A stretch of DNA of 64,000 nt from Candidatus Parcubacteria bacterium (GTDB lineage Bacteria; Patescibacteriota; Patescibacteriia; CAIXNZ01). The notes beneath the pieces were generated by a model. The model did no database searches. It was not told the origin of the DNA and was given only the letters and a program-made list of their open reading frames with translations. Below, in pieces: positions 9,185 to 18,358 of the stretch. The translations under genes and the position numbers were made by a program. Within the stretch, counting starts at the first letter, position 1. The number at the start of each line of letters is the position of its first letter. The DNA is taken from positions 65,035 to 129,034 of the forward strand of contig JAPLYG010000016.1 in assembly GCA_026395685.1 (NCBI GenBank), given 5' to 3'.

Positions 9185-10570
9185 TTATCTTTTAACCCCG
9201 TTTTCCACCCAGACCGTATTGGAACAGCTGGAATTGCCGGTTAAATCCAGAGCGCAAACGCGATAGTATACATTGCCAGGACTGGTGATATTTACCTCTT
9301 TATCCAAATAATTTTCTACCCCCTTGGACTTAATGGCCAAATAACCGATACTGGGATATTTAGGCTCTGGTTCAGTAATTGATTTAATTAAACGATATTC
9401 CTTAAAATCAGCTTCGGTATTTGCGCTCCAAGTTAAATTTACGCCATAAACTGAAACTTCTCCAGAAAGTATTGGGCTGTTTGGCGGTGTAGAATCTTTT
9501 TCTTTTGTTTCAATGCTGACCACATTACCGCAAACAACTTTGTCAGAACTTTTGACTACGCAAATTCGATAATAATATAATTGCCCAAAATCCGTCTCCT
9601 GATCAATATAGCTTGCCAAGTCTTGGTTTGTTGAAGTTTTTATGGCCGCATCTTCCGGATACTTTAAGGCAATATTATTTTTGGAGCGCACTATTTTAAA
9701 AGACTTAAAATTATCTTTAGTATAAGCTGACCAAGTAAGTGAAATCCCGGCATCTTTTTGCTCAGCCTTGATCTGCAGAGTGTCAAAAACTTCTTCAAAA
9801 TCAGGTTCCAATTCCGGCAACTGGTCACTGACGCCTTTATCCTGATCAAAATTCCACTGGTACCAGCTTTCTTTGGTTAATAATTTTACGTCAAAATTTT
9901 CGATTTTTAACATATCTTTTTTGGCAGCCTGTAAATTAACAAGGCACTTTTCATTGAGATCCAGACGACTGGCAAGAACTATTTCATCCTGATTGAGAAT
10001 TTCCAGATTAACCTTATTCTCGAAAACAAAGACAGCCAAACTTTCCTGATCTTTATTGCTGATAACTTCAAATTTTGTTCCCAGCGCAGTAATTTTGGTG
10101 TTTAGAAAGTTTATCTGGTAATTTCCGTCCTTGGCTATATTATTATAGCTGCGGCCGCTTATCTGTTCAATAATTACTTGGCCTTCTGACAAACTCTTCA
10201 AAAAAATTTCAGAATTAGCTGCCAGACGTATTTTGGTATCATCTTCCAACTTTAAAACTGCCAGGCTATTTTCTCCGGTTTTAATTTTGTCGCCCTGATG
10301 CAGGATAGCCTGGTCAATCGCCTTCTCATATCCTTTTTCCCCGATATTAACCTGCACATCTTCTTGGATCAGGCTTATTTCCCCACCAATAATTTTTTCT
10401 GCCGCTAAGCTATTGGAATTTACCTCTTCGTTCGTCTTGGACCCGGACAAATCAATTTTAGAGAAATAATTAAAATAGAACCAATAGACCATCGCGCCCA
10501 AGGCCATAAAAACAAAGATAATAATCACCCATTTAAACGGGTTGCTTTTACGTTTGTAGTAATACATCAT
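9185..10570 (-). CDS. FecR-domain membrane protein with C-terminal Fn3-like repeats
   Basis: The ORF-track start at 10603 lies inside repeat element A1, so the start is more likely MMYYYKRK (about 10570). It has an N-terminal TM helix. A FecR-like block follows (ISLIQEDVQVNIGEKGY...HQGDKIKTGENSLAVLKLEDDTKIRLAANSEIFL). Two Fn3-like units are present (SLTWSAYTKDNFKSFKIVRS and NLTWSANTEADFKEYRLIKS). Confidence 0.5.
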   Translation of the reverse strand: MMYYYKRKSNPFKWVIIIFVFMALGAMVYWFYFNYFSKIDLSGSKTNEEVNSNSLAAEKIIGGEISLIQEDVQVNIGEKGYEKAIDQAILHQGDKIKTGENSLAVLKLEDDTKIRLAANSEIFLKSLSEGQVIIEQISGRSYNNIAKDGNYQINFLNTKITALGTKFEVISNKDQESLAVFVFENKVNLEILNQDEIVLASRLDLNEKCLVNLQAAKKDMLKIENFDVKLLTKESWYQWNFDQDKGVSDQLPELEPDFEEVFDTLQIKAEQKDAGISLTWSAYTKDNFKSFKIVRSKNNIALKYPEDAAIKTSTNQDLASYIDQETDFGQLYYYRICVVKSSDKVVCGNVVSIETKEKDSTPPNSPILSGEVSVYGVNLTWSANTEADFKEYRLIKSITEPEPKYPSIGYLAIKSKGVENYLDKEVNITSPGNVYYRVCALDLTGNSSCSNTVWVENGVKR

Positions 10571-10574
10571 ACCG

Positions 10575-10705
10575 GTAAATAACCAATCATCAATAATCAA
10601 CATCCAAACAAATCATAAATTCTAATTTTAAATATCAAAACAATTTAGAATTTAATTATTGTATATTAGTTATTGTTTGATGATTGCGTTATTGATTATT
10701 GGATA
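10575..10705. repeat. Family-A intergenic palindromic element (copy A1)
   Basis: Reads aaccaatcatcaataatcaacatccaaacaaatcataaattctaatttt ... caatttagaatttaatt ... attgtttgatgattgcgttattgattattgg. Its left arm would encode the first 11 codons of the track ORF 9185-10603. Confidence 0.65.
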
Positions 10706-11884
10706 TTATAACTGCAATAATTTATAAATATAGTTTTTAATATCCCATTCCTTTGCTCTCATTTTAGCATTTTCCGACATTTGTGTTAACTTGCTAATAT
10801 TTTGCAGGCTAAAATTAAGCTTATTCAAAAGTCCGATTTTACTGCCAGCCTCAAAAAGATAGCCATTTACACCTTCCTGCACCAGCTCCGATATGCCACC
10901 GATCGCTGAAGCAATGACCGGGGTGCTGAAATTAAAACTGTCATATATCACGCTGGGGGAATTTTCATAGCATAAAGACGGTACAATGGCATAATGTATT
11001 TTCTTAAAAACCTGCTGGCTGAGCAAATTGGCCGGAATATAGCCTAAAAACTCTACCCATTTTTTTCCTTGATATTCAGTATTTAACCTGTCAGCAAGCT
11101 TGCCATTACCCACCACATAGAGCTTTACCTCCTTATTATTTGCAAATTCCTGAAAAACATCCAACAGCAACAAAATGCCCTTATGCTCTTCCAATTGGCC
11201 CAAAAAAAGATAATTAACGGTCGAGTCAGCAATATTTTTTTTATAATTTTCATTTTCTAAGATAACAGGGTTTGGCAAAACAACTTTGCGTATTTTTTTA
11301 AAAAATCCAGCCTGATCATAAAAGTCGAGCAACCACCTTGAAGGTGAAATTATCACTGAAGCATTATTAAATAAGTATCTGGTAATAAGGGAGTATAAAT
11401 AGCAAGATAAAGGCTGCGTTTCCTGACCTTTGATTATTAAGCCGGAAGGATTTACCAATTGCACGTCATGCAAGGTATGAAAACATCTAGTTTTTGACTT
11501 CTTAATCGCCAGCAGAGTCAAATAGCCCAATCCTTTAAGATTATGGCTCAGGACTATATCTGGATTTTCCAGCTGTATGATTTTTTTAATCTGAAAATAT
11601 GAATGCAGATTAAAAGTGTCAATCAGATGCCAGATCAGACGCTTCCACCTTGGCTGGCTGCCAATATCGACAAAGGAAAAAATATTTTTCGGATAAAAAC
11701 GATAAATTTTTATATCATCCATTTCCGTTAAAAAAAACTTTGTTTTTTCCGGCTTGGCGGAAATAGTAATGACAAAAATATCATGGCCATCCTTTTTCAA
11801 TTCCTTGACCAGATTGGAAAAAACAACCTCAGCTCCCCCGCGGCGATAAGGTTTGTACAAACTGTTTATTAGGGCAATCTTCAT
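10706..11884 (-). CDS. Glycosyltransferase family 4
   Basis: The N-terminus is MKIALINSLYKPYRRGGAEVV. The C-terminus has an E-x7-E-like block (CYENSPSVIYDSFNFSTPVIASAIGGISELV). Confidence 0.8.
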   Translation of the reverse strand: MKIALINSLYKPYRRGGAEVVFSNLVKELKKDGHDIFVITISAKPEKTKFFLTEMDDIKIYRFYPKNIFSFVDIGSQPRWKRLIWHLIDTFNLHSYFQIKKIIQLENPDIVLSHNLKGLGYLTLLAIKKSKTRCFHTLHDVQLVNPSGLIIKGQETQPLSCYLYSLITRYLFNNASVIISPSRWLLDFYDQAGFFKKIRKVVLPNPVILENENYKKNIADSTVNYLFLGQLEEHKGILLLLDVFQEFANNKEVKLYVVGNGKLADRLNTEYQGKKWVEFLGYIPANLLSQQVFKKIHYAIVPSLCYENSPSVIYDSFNFSTPVIASAIGGISELVQEGVNGYLFEAGSKIGLLNKLNFSLQNISKLTQMSENAKMRAKEWDIKNYIYKLLQL

Positions 11885-13047
11885 AAATTTGGGGGGACTT
11901 TAACCAATTCTTCGTAAACTTTATTTAATTTATTAATCAAAACATCCTGGCTATACATTTTCTCGGCCCGTTCTTTGGCAGCCTGACCGAATTGAGACAA
12001 TAAGGCATCGTCCGTAAAAATTTTTCTGACTTTTATCACCAAGTCATGCTGGTCTAAAACTTCAAAAGTAAAGCCGCTGACTCTGTTTTCAAAAACACTG
12101 CGCACTCCAGGCAAATTAGCCGCCAGCACCGGCTTGGCACAAGCCATCGCTTCGATTAAAACAATGCCAAACGCTTCTGATTTATCAATTGACGGCAAAA
12201 TAATGGCATCTGCCAGATTATAAAAATTAACCAGCTCGCGGTCATGAGCAAAACCTGCAAATAAAATTTTATCGATCAAGCCCAAATCTAAAACATGCTT
12301 TTGATATTCATTTTTCAGATCACCTTCGCCGACAATAATAATTTTCAAATTATCCAGGCCGATTGCCTTATAAGAATCAATCAGGAAATGAATGCCTTTA
12401 AAATAATGGGCCTGGTCCAGCGCGCCGACAAAAAGCAGGACTTTCTCATTGGCTTTAATATCAAACTTTTTCATTAAAATTTGATCGTTTATCGCCGGTT
12501 TAAATATATTCAAATTCACGCTCGGTGGGATTTCAACAAATTTATCCGAACGCTGAATGATCAGCTCCTTGATATTGGAATTTTTGGCATAATCAAAGCT
12601 GGAAACAATCACCTTATCAGCGCTGGCAATTATCTTTGGCATAAAATGCTTGGTATGAAAAGAAAAAATACTTTTTTTCCAGCCGCTGCCGACCACATCC
12701 ATCTGATAATTTATGACTAATTTTAATTTCTTGCCTAAATATTTTTTTAACAGCCAGACAACCTCTGCCCCGCCAAAAAACGGATAATGGAGATTAACCA
12801 GATCAAAGTCTCTCAACTCCCAAAATAGCTGGGGCAAAAATCCGCTATTACCAAAGCTAAATAAAGGTTTGAGCCGCCTGACTTCAAATTCGGCAAATTT
12901 TACTTCATTATCCTTAGAATCAACTAATGGCGTGAAAACAGTGACCTGATGACCTAATTTTGACAAACCCAAAGCATAGTCATAAGCCACATTGCTGATG
13001 CCTCCTTTATATGGTTTAAACCTGCACACGACTTGAGCTATCTTCAT
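11881..13047 (-). CDS. Glycosyltransferase family 4
   Basis: The N-terminus is MKIAQVVCRFKPYKGGISNVAY. The C-terminus has SEAFGIVLIEAMACAKPVLAANLPGVRSVF. There is a 4-bp overlap with the upstream GT4. Confidence 0.8.
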   Translation of the reverse strand: MKIAQVVCRFKPYKGGISNVAYDYALGLSKLGHQVTVFTPLVDSKDNEVKFAEFEVRRLKPLFSFGNSGFLPQLFWELRDFDLVNLHYPFFGGAEVVWLLKKYLGKKLKLVINYQMDVVGSGWKKSIFSFHTKHFMPKIIASADKVIVSSFDYAKNSNIKELIIQRSDKFVEIPPSVNLNIFKPAINDQILMKKFDIKANEKVLLFVGALDQAHYFKGIHFLIDSYKAIGLDNLKIIIVGEGDLKNEYQKHVLDLGLIDKILFAGFAHDRELVNFYNLADAIILPSIDKSEAFGIVLIEAMACAKPVLAANLPGVRSVFENRVSGFTFEVLDQHDLVIKVRKIFTDDALLSQFGQAAKERAEKMYSQDVLINKLNKVYEELVKVPPNL

Positions 13048-13270
13048 AGGATACTAATTTACTAATAAGCTACTAATATACTAATTTTTTAAGTTATTCG
13101 TAGATTAGAAGCCAATTCGTAGCATTAGTAGTATTACCAAGTTATCAAATCTTTTATAATCTGCCAATAGGTTATGTTACTAATTTACTAATTAAGTAAT
13201 TTGAGTTCGGAAATTCGCAGATTAGTAGCCAATTCGTAGCATTAGTAGCCTTACCAAATTATCAAAAGCT
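13048..13270. repeat. Tandemly duplicated ~125-bp intergenic unit rich in TACTAAT heptamers
   Basis: Unit 1 is at 13048-13165 and unit 2 at 13175-13270, about 85% identical. Each has a tactaatttactaat block and a tcg(t/c)agattag(a/t)agccaattcgtagcattagtag block. Similar heptamer clusters occur at 6415-6460 and 6915-6955. Confidence 0.6.
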
Positions 13271-14297
13271 TAACTAAAAACCAGTATGCGTTAAATATAG
13301 GGTTAGCAAGATATTTTAAGATCCAATTATCAATTTCCTGATTTTCAATTTTTCCGGTAAATAACTCGACAAGTTCCCTATCCCTTCTTACCCTTATTAT
13401 TCTTTTTTCCCTTCTTTCCTTTCTAATTTTCCCCCAATTATCAATACTTAAAAACCAGGCGTATACTTTCAGTTTCTCTTGCCAAAAGCCAGATTTTAAT
13501 GAAAACAGGAATAAGCCAGCTTCCATGACAACTAAAGCCGGCAAAATCAAAAGCAAAGTCGCCAATTTATAATTTTCAAAAAGGCAGATGAAACGATTGC
13601 GCTCCATGAAATAATATTTTTTTATACTTTTGGAAAACTGATATTTATGATAAATAACTGCCACGGGTACCAGCAAAATGTCATAGCCTGCCATTCGCAG
13701 GCGCCAGCCCAGATCCAAATCCTCATGATACATAAAAAAGTCAGGATCGAATAATCCGACTTTCTCCAAAGTTGATTTACGATACAAGACTGCGGCGCCG
13801 CTGGCATAGGCTATTTTTCTGGGCTGTAAATTGTTATCAAACTGCTGATAGCCGCCGGCTGAAAATCCAAAGCCCAGATAATGGATAGCATTGCCCAGTG
13901 AATTAACCTTATCCTTTTCCGGATAGAGCATAAGCCTGGGCTGGACAGCGCCGATTTGATGATCAGCTTCAATAACAGCCAGCAATTTTTTTAAAAAATC
14001 AGGTTCACATATCGTATCCTGATTTAATAAAAAAAGATATTCAAAATTTTCAGACATTGCCTGTTTAATTCCGATATTATTACCTAGAGCAAAACCGGTA
14101 TTTTCCTGATTTTTAATAATGGCAATGTCAGGATAATTACTTTGCACAAAATTAAGAGAATCATCAGTTGAGGCATTATCCACAAAAAAAATCTTAAAAT
14201 TTTCCGGGGGATAATCCAGCTTCGCCAAACTAGCCAAACAATCAGGCAAATATACCAGGCCATTATAATTGACAATAATGATTGCGACCTTATTCAT
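13251..14297 (-). CDS. Glycosyltransferase family 2
   Basis: The opening VAIIIVNYNGLVYLPDCLASL...FFVDNASTDDS is the GT2 DxD-containing N-terminal domain. TM helices lie near the C-terminus. Confidence 0.8.
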   Translation of the reverse strand: MNKVAIIIVNYNGLVYLPDCLASLAKLDYPPENFKIFFVDNASTDDSLNFVQSNYPDIAIIKNQENTGFALGNNIGIKQAMSENFEYLFLLNQDTICEPDFLKKLLAVIEADHQIGAVQPRLMLYPEKDKVNSLGNAIHYLGFGFSAGGYQQFDNNLQPRKIAYASGAAVLYRKSTLEKVGLFDPDFFMYHEDLDLGWRLRMAGYDILLVPVAVIYHKYQFSKSIKKYYFMERNRFICLFENYKLATLLLILPALVVMEAGLFLFSLKSGFWQEKLKVYAWFLSIDNWGKIRKERREKRIIRVRRDRELVELFTGKIENQEIDNWILKYLANPIFNAYWFLVKLLIIW

Positions 14298-14345
14298 AGG
14301 CTAAGCTGAAAATCTCCCCCGTTTTTTGGGAGAGACTTTGAGTTA

Positions 14346-15371
14346 TTAATCTTGTATTGATTGAACATTATTCCAGTCGATCATCACACTGTGAGCTTTG
14401 CCATAAAGCACTGTTTCTTCCAGACCCTGCTCCAGAGTAACAATCGGAAACCACTGGAGTTTATCTTTTGCTAAACTAATATCCGGCATCCCCAAGCGTG
14501 ACATGAAAAGCAGTGGTTCGGCATATTGTATTTCCGATTTGGAATTGGTCATTTGAATAATCATCTTGGCAATATCCGAAATCTTATGCTGCTGAGGACT
14601 GCCGATATTAAGCGGACCAAATTCAGTAGAAGCCATCATTTTCAAAACCGCGTCAATCACATCTGAAATATAGCATAAAGTAGTGGTAAAATTTTGATCG
14701 CCGTAAATCATCAGGGGCTTATTATCCAAAGCAGATACAATAAAATCAGGAATCATGTGTCCGACAAAAAGAGGCATGCGCGGACCGTAAGAAGTAAAAA
14801 TTCTTAAAATCTTGCTATCAATATTAAAATACTGGCGATAAGTATAAACTAATGTTTCGGCAAAACGCTTACCCTCATCATAGCAGGCTCTGGGAGTTAA
14901 GGGTGAAGAAGGAAAAAACATATTTTCTTTCATGTCCGGAGTATCATTGACAGCTGAGCCGTAGACGACAGAAGAAGAAAAATGTAAAATTTTTGCCTTA
15001 TATTTGACGGCCAAATCAAGGGCGCGGATTACCCCGACAGAATTTGTCCAGGCGGTCAGAATCGTATTTTTGGTAAAATCTTTAGGATCGGTAGGACAAG
15101 CCAGATTGTAAATTTCCTGAATTCCTCTCACCCCGAGTTGGAACCTGTCTAAATCACTGAAATTTTCCAGGCTGACCAGATTATTCACATCTTCATTTAA
15201 GAAAATAAAATTTTCATTCTGCAAAAGATGCTCAATGTTTTCCCTGCGTCCGGAAATAAAATTATCAACACAGATAACATTGCTGTCTGCGACCAGCCGG
15301 TCGCAGAGATGAGAGCCCACAAATCCGGCTCCGCCCAAAACTAAAATATTTTTTTTATCTAAAACCCCCAT
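14346..15371 (-). CDS. NAD-dependent epimerase/dehydratase (UDP-glucuronate decarboxylase-like, SDR family)
   Basis: The opening ILVLGGAGFVGSHLCDRLVADSNVICVDNFISG is a Rossmann motif with a UXS-like N-terminus. The YxxxK region is present. Confidence 0.7.
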   Translation of the reverse strand: MGVLDKKNILVLGGAGFVGSHLCDRLVADSNVICVDNFISGRRENIEHLLQNENFIFLNEDVNNLVSLENFSDLDRFQLGVRGIQEIYNLACPTDPKDFTKNTILTAWTNSVGVIRALDLAVKYKAKILHFSSSVVYGSAVNDTPDMKENMFFPSSPLTPRACYDEGKRFAETLVYTYRQYFNIDSKILRIFTSYGPRMPLFVGHMIPDFIVSALDNKPLMIYGDQNFTTTLCYISDVIDAVLKMMASTEFGPLNIGSPQQHKISDIAKMIIQMTNSKSEIQYAEPLLFMSRLGMPDISLAKDKLQWFPIVTLEQGLEETVLYGKAHSVMIDWNNVQSIQD

Positions 15372-15487
15372 AAAAAAATTTTATTATTTAATTGAGCGTT
15401 ATACGCTCCTGTAATTATTTTAACAAATAATTATAAAAAAAGAAAGTACTTATTTTTTCGCTAACTTTAAAATAAAAACGCCAAAAA

Positions 15488-15874
15488 TTATACCCGAAAA
15501 GTCCAATATTTATTTGCCCCGAAATTCCAAAATAAACCGATAACTGTAGCTGCGGCTTTTACCCACAAATCAGGCCAGCCAAAATAGTTAACGCCGATGA
15601 ATATCAAACCATTATTCAGAATAAAATAAACCAAATTTACCAACGCAAACTTAAAATATTGAGTTTTTACCTGTTTATCATTATTTTTAAAAGTCCATTT
15701 CTTATTAAGAAAAAAACTAGCAGTCATGGCCAGAAAAACAGAAATCAAGTTGGCAAATAAATAGTATACGCCCAGCGCCCGGGTAAGAAAATAATAAACC
15801 ACAAAATCAAAAGCAGTATTGAATACTCCGACCAGACAAAATTTTAGAAACTGTTTAGCCATGATTTTTCGCAA
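15488..15874 (-). CDS. GtrA-family membrane protein
   Basis: 128 aa, 4 TM. Shows FLKFCLVGVFNTAFDFVVYYFLT and KKWTFKN, as in GtrA-like flippase components. Confidence 0.7.
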   Translation of the reverse strand: MRKIMAKQFLKFCLVGVFNTAFDFVVYYFLTRALGVYYLFANLISVFLAMTASFFLNKKWTFKNNDKQVKTQYFKFALVNLVYFILNNGLIFIGVNYFGWPDLWVKAAATVIGLFWNFGANKYWTFRV

Positions 15875-15879
15875 AAGGC

Positions 15880-17496
15880 TTATTTTAAAGACATTGTAGA
15901 TTCAATTGTCGGCGCGTTAAGCTGCTCGGCAAAAGGATCAAAATTATAAACGGTTTCTAAGGGCTCTCCGACGCTATAGCTGATAAAAAATGATTCCGAA
16001 ATATCATTTACCTGAGTTTGCCAATATGGACCGTAATACCTGGTTAAAAAGTTCACATCTTTGATCCAGCGCAGTTTTGCGCCAATGGCGACGACATAGA
16101 CGCGCGGATCTGACTGGATTTTCAGCAGGCTGCCGGGACGATAAGTAACGAGGCCGGCCAGGGGCAATGAAGCCAAAACACTATCATCAACTATTTTAAT
16201 GTCTTTAAAAGTGCCAAACCAGTTGACATAGACTTTTTCATCAGGGAAAACATAGCGTTTGCCGTTATCCGCCAGATAATAAACAGTCGAACTAGCTCCT
16301 TTTATTAATTGATTGCTGGCTGATAAACTCTTAATCACATTAAAAATTTTTAGCGGATCAATCATGCCTTTGCCGATTTTTCCTTTCATGGTTAAATTCT
16401 GGCTGTCGATATTCCTGGTATTTTTCAAAATAAAATCACGGATTTCAATATTGGTAAGTTCGGGATAAGTTGACTTGATCAGGGCAGCAATGCCGGAAAC
16501 AACCGGTGCAGCCAAAGAAGTGCCTGAATAATCTCCTCCATAAAACTCTGACAAGCCCGGAACGGCGGGATTAACTACCTGCAAACCATAAAAATTGGAT
16601 CCGGGCGCAACAATGTCCAGACAAGACGAACCGTAATTAGAATAATAAGCTAATTTATCATCTTCATCAGTTGCACCGACTCCAATTACCATATTGGCGC
16701 CTGTATTTCCATCGTAACAAACCGGATACCTTTTTTCCAGATCTAAATTTATAGGATAAGCAATTTGAACCACATCATGCTGCTTTTCTCTGATTTCCCA
16801 AATGAACTCCTCATTACCGGCGGAAGCAACGATAATCAGTCCGGCATTATAAGCGCGATTAATGGCATTGGCAAAATCACCATCATACGGGATACTGACA
16901 AAACTCATATTTAAAATATCGGCTTTTTTATCAATTGCGTAATTAATAGCCTCAACCACATCGGGAATCGTGCCAGTGCCATACTCGTCCAATACCCGCA
17001 AGGGCATGATTTTTGTACTTTGCCAGGCAATACCGGCAATACCAATAGTATTATTGCCAATTGCTGCGGCGACACCGGCAACCAGGGTGCCATGGTAAAT
17101 TGCCTCTTTTTCACAAGAATTAGTTTCCAGGCAATCCAGAGCATAATCAGGAGCCGGATTATTATCATCGGCAATAAAATCCCAGCCATTAATATCATCA
17201 ATGTAGCCGTTCTTATCATTATCAATGCCGTCACCATCGATTTCAGCCTGATTAACCCAGACATTATCATGTAAATCAGGATGGGAAATATCAATACCCG
17301 AATCAATTACCGCAATAATAGTGTTTTTATGCTTTAAATTCTGTACCCAGATATCCGGCATATTCAAACGGCTCAGATACCATTGCCTGTAATAAAAAGG
17401 GTCATTGGGAGTAAGGCCCTGGGCAAAACAAAAATTAGCCAAAATAAATTGGGCTACTAAAATGACCATAATTACTCGACTTAACCTCATAATCAA
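15880..17496 (-). CDS. Secreted subtilisin-like serine protease (S8) with Ca-binding Asp-rich repeats and a C-terminal unnamed ~110-aa domain
   Basis: Has a signal peptide. The catalytic triad contexts are VIDSGIDISHPDL (Asp), HGTLVAGVAAA (His) and GTSLAAPVVSGIAAL (Ser). A DGDGIDNDKNGYIDDINGWD repeat is present. The C-terminal domain is shared with two surface proteins (see findings). Confidence 0.85.
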   Translation of the reverse strand: MIMRLSRVIMVILVAQFILANFCFAQGLTPNDPFYYRQWYLSRLNMPDIWVQNLKHKNTIIAVIDSGIDISHPDLHDNVWVNQAEIDGDGIDNDKNGYIDDINGWDFIADDNNPAPDYALDCLETNSCEKEAIYHGTLVAGVAAAIGNNTIGIAGIAWQSTKIMPLRVLDEYGTGTIPDVVEAINYAIDKKADILNMSFVSIPYDGDFANAINRAYNAGLIIVASAGNEEFIWEIREKQHDVVQIAYPINLDLEKRYPVCYDGNTGANMVIGVGATDEDDKLAYYSNYGSSCLDIVAPGSNFYGLQVVNPAVPGLSEFYGGDYSGTSLAAPVVSGIAALIKSTYPELTNIEIRDFILKNTRNIDSQNLTMKGKIGKGMIDPLKIFNVIKSLSASNQLIKGASSTVYYLADNGKRYVFPDEKVYVNWFGTFKDIKIVDDSVLASLPLAGLVTYRPGSLLKIQSDPRVYVVAIGAKLRWIKDVNFLTRYYGPYWQTQVNDISESFFISYSVGEPLETVYNFDPFAEQLNAPTIESTMSLK

Positions 17497-18017
17497 TCCG
17501 CTAAAACATTAATTTTAAAAACCGAATGATCCCCTAACTCATAGTTTCGCCATGAACAATATCTAAAAAGAGAAATATCAGATACTAAACCATGACTAAT
17601 TGGGTTATCATGAATATATTTTAATTTTTCTTCAAATTTCTTATGGGAATAAATATTAAAATCGAAAAATCGATGTTTCCATAAAGCTCCGCTACGTTGC
17701 AAATATTTATTGATCTTTCTAGCAGTAACCCCTTTTATTTTTTTGCCTATATAAGAGATACCAAACTCGTTAAGCGAAGATTCCGGGGTATCACCGAATT
17801 TATTCGGTGATCCGTAGGCAAACACTTGACCAATTAATAAATGAACATGATCGGGTACGATAACGAATCCATAAATATCAAAACTTAATTCCGTTCTCAA
17901 TCTATCTAATTCCTCTAAAAATATATCACAGCACTTATCATCTTTAAAAAACGGCACGTTATTTGCAGTTTTAAAAGTGACAAAGTGTATATGACCGGGG
18001 TCATCAAACTTTTCCAT
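17493..18017 (-). CDS. REP-associated tyrosine transposase-like (IS200/IS605 TnpA-like HuH) protein carrying an in-frame REP hairpin insertion
   Basis: The HuH motif is VPDHVHLLI and the catalytic Tyr context is YIHDNPISHGLV. The segment AYGSPNKFGDTPESSLNEFGISY is encoded by a copy of the REP palindrome (ggtatcaccgaatttattcggtgatccg) at about 17775-17835. Confidence 0.7.
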   Translation of the reverse strand: MEKFDDPGHIHFVTFKTANNVPFFKDDKCCDIFLEELDRLRTELSFDIYGFVIVPDHVHLLIGQVFAYGSPNKFGDTPESSLNEFGISYIGKKIKGVTARKINKYLQRSGALWKHRFFDFNIYSHKKFEEKLKYIHDNPISHGLVSDISLFRYCSWRNYELGDHSVFKINVLAD

Positions 18018-18044
18018 TTAAAAATAACATTATTTTTCTCATAA

Positions 18045-18330
18045 GCCTCATCGGGTATCACCGAATTTATTCGGTGATCCGTGCTCGCCCATACAACCCC
18101 GAATGAATTCAGGGTTACCCTGCGGAAGTTGTTCCAATCAAACGCGCAGTCTCGGGGTATCACCGAATTTATTCGGTGATCAGTCCGCGCCCATACAACC
18201 CCGAATGAATTCGGGGTTACCCTGTACAAATTGTTCAGGCAGAACTTTCGGATTGGGGGTATCACCGAATTTATTCGGTGATACGTCCGCGCCCATACAA
18301 CCCCGAATGAATTCGGGGTTACCCCGTGAA
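18045..18330. repeat. REP/BIME-like array of three ~100-bp units of two alternating palindromes
   Basis: Each unit has ggtatcaccgaatttattcggtgat, then gcgcccatacaa, then ccccgaatgaattcggggttaccc. It lies immediately adjacent to the RAYT-like gene. ORFs 17915-18265(-) and 18103-18381(+) are artefacts of this array. Confidence 0.8.
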
Positions 18331-18358
18331 TCCGTACGTGTCCATATAACTAAACTTA

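Noticed and set aside
18045-18330. The regularly spaced repeats here, and at 29290-29540, could be a CRISPR array.
   Set aside because: The units consist of two different alternating palindromes. The spacer segments (gcgcccatacaa, gttgtatgggcgcggac) are themselves conserved between units. The period is about 100 bp with only 2-3 units, and no cas genes are nearby. A REP/BIME-like array next to a RAYT-like gene explains it better.
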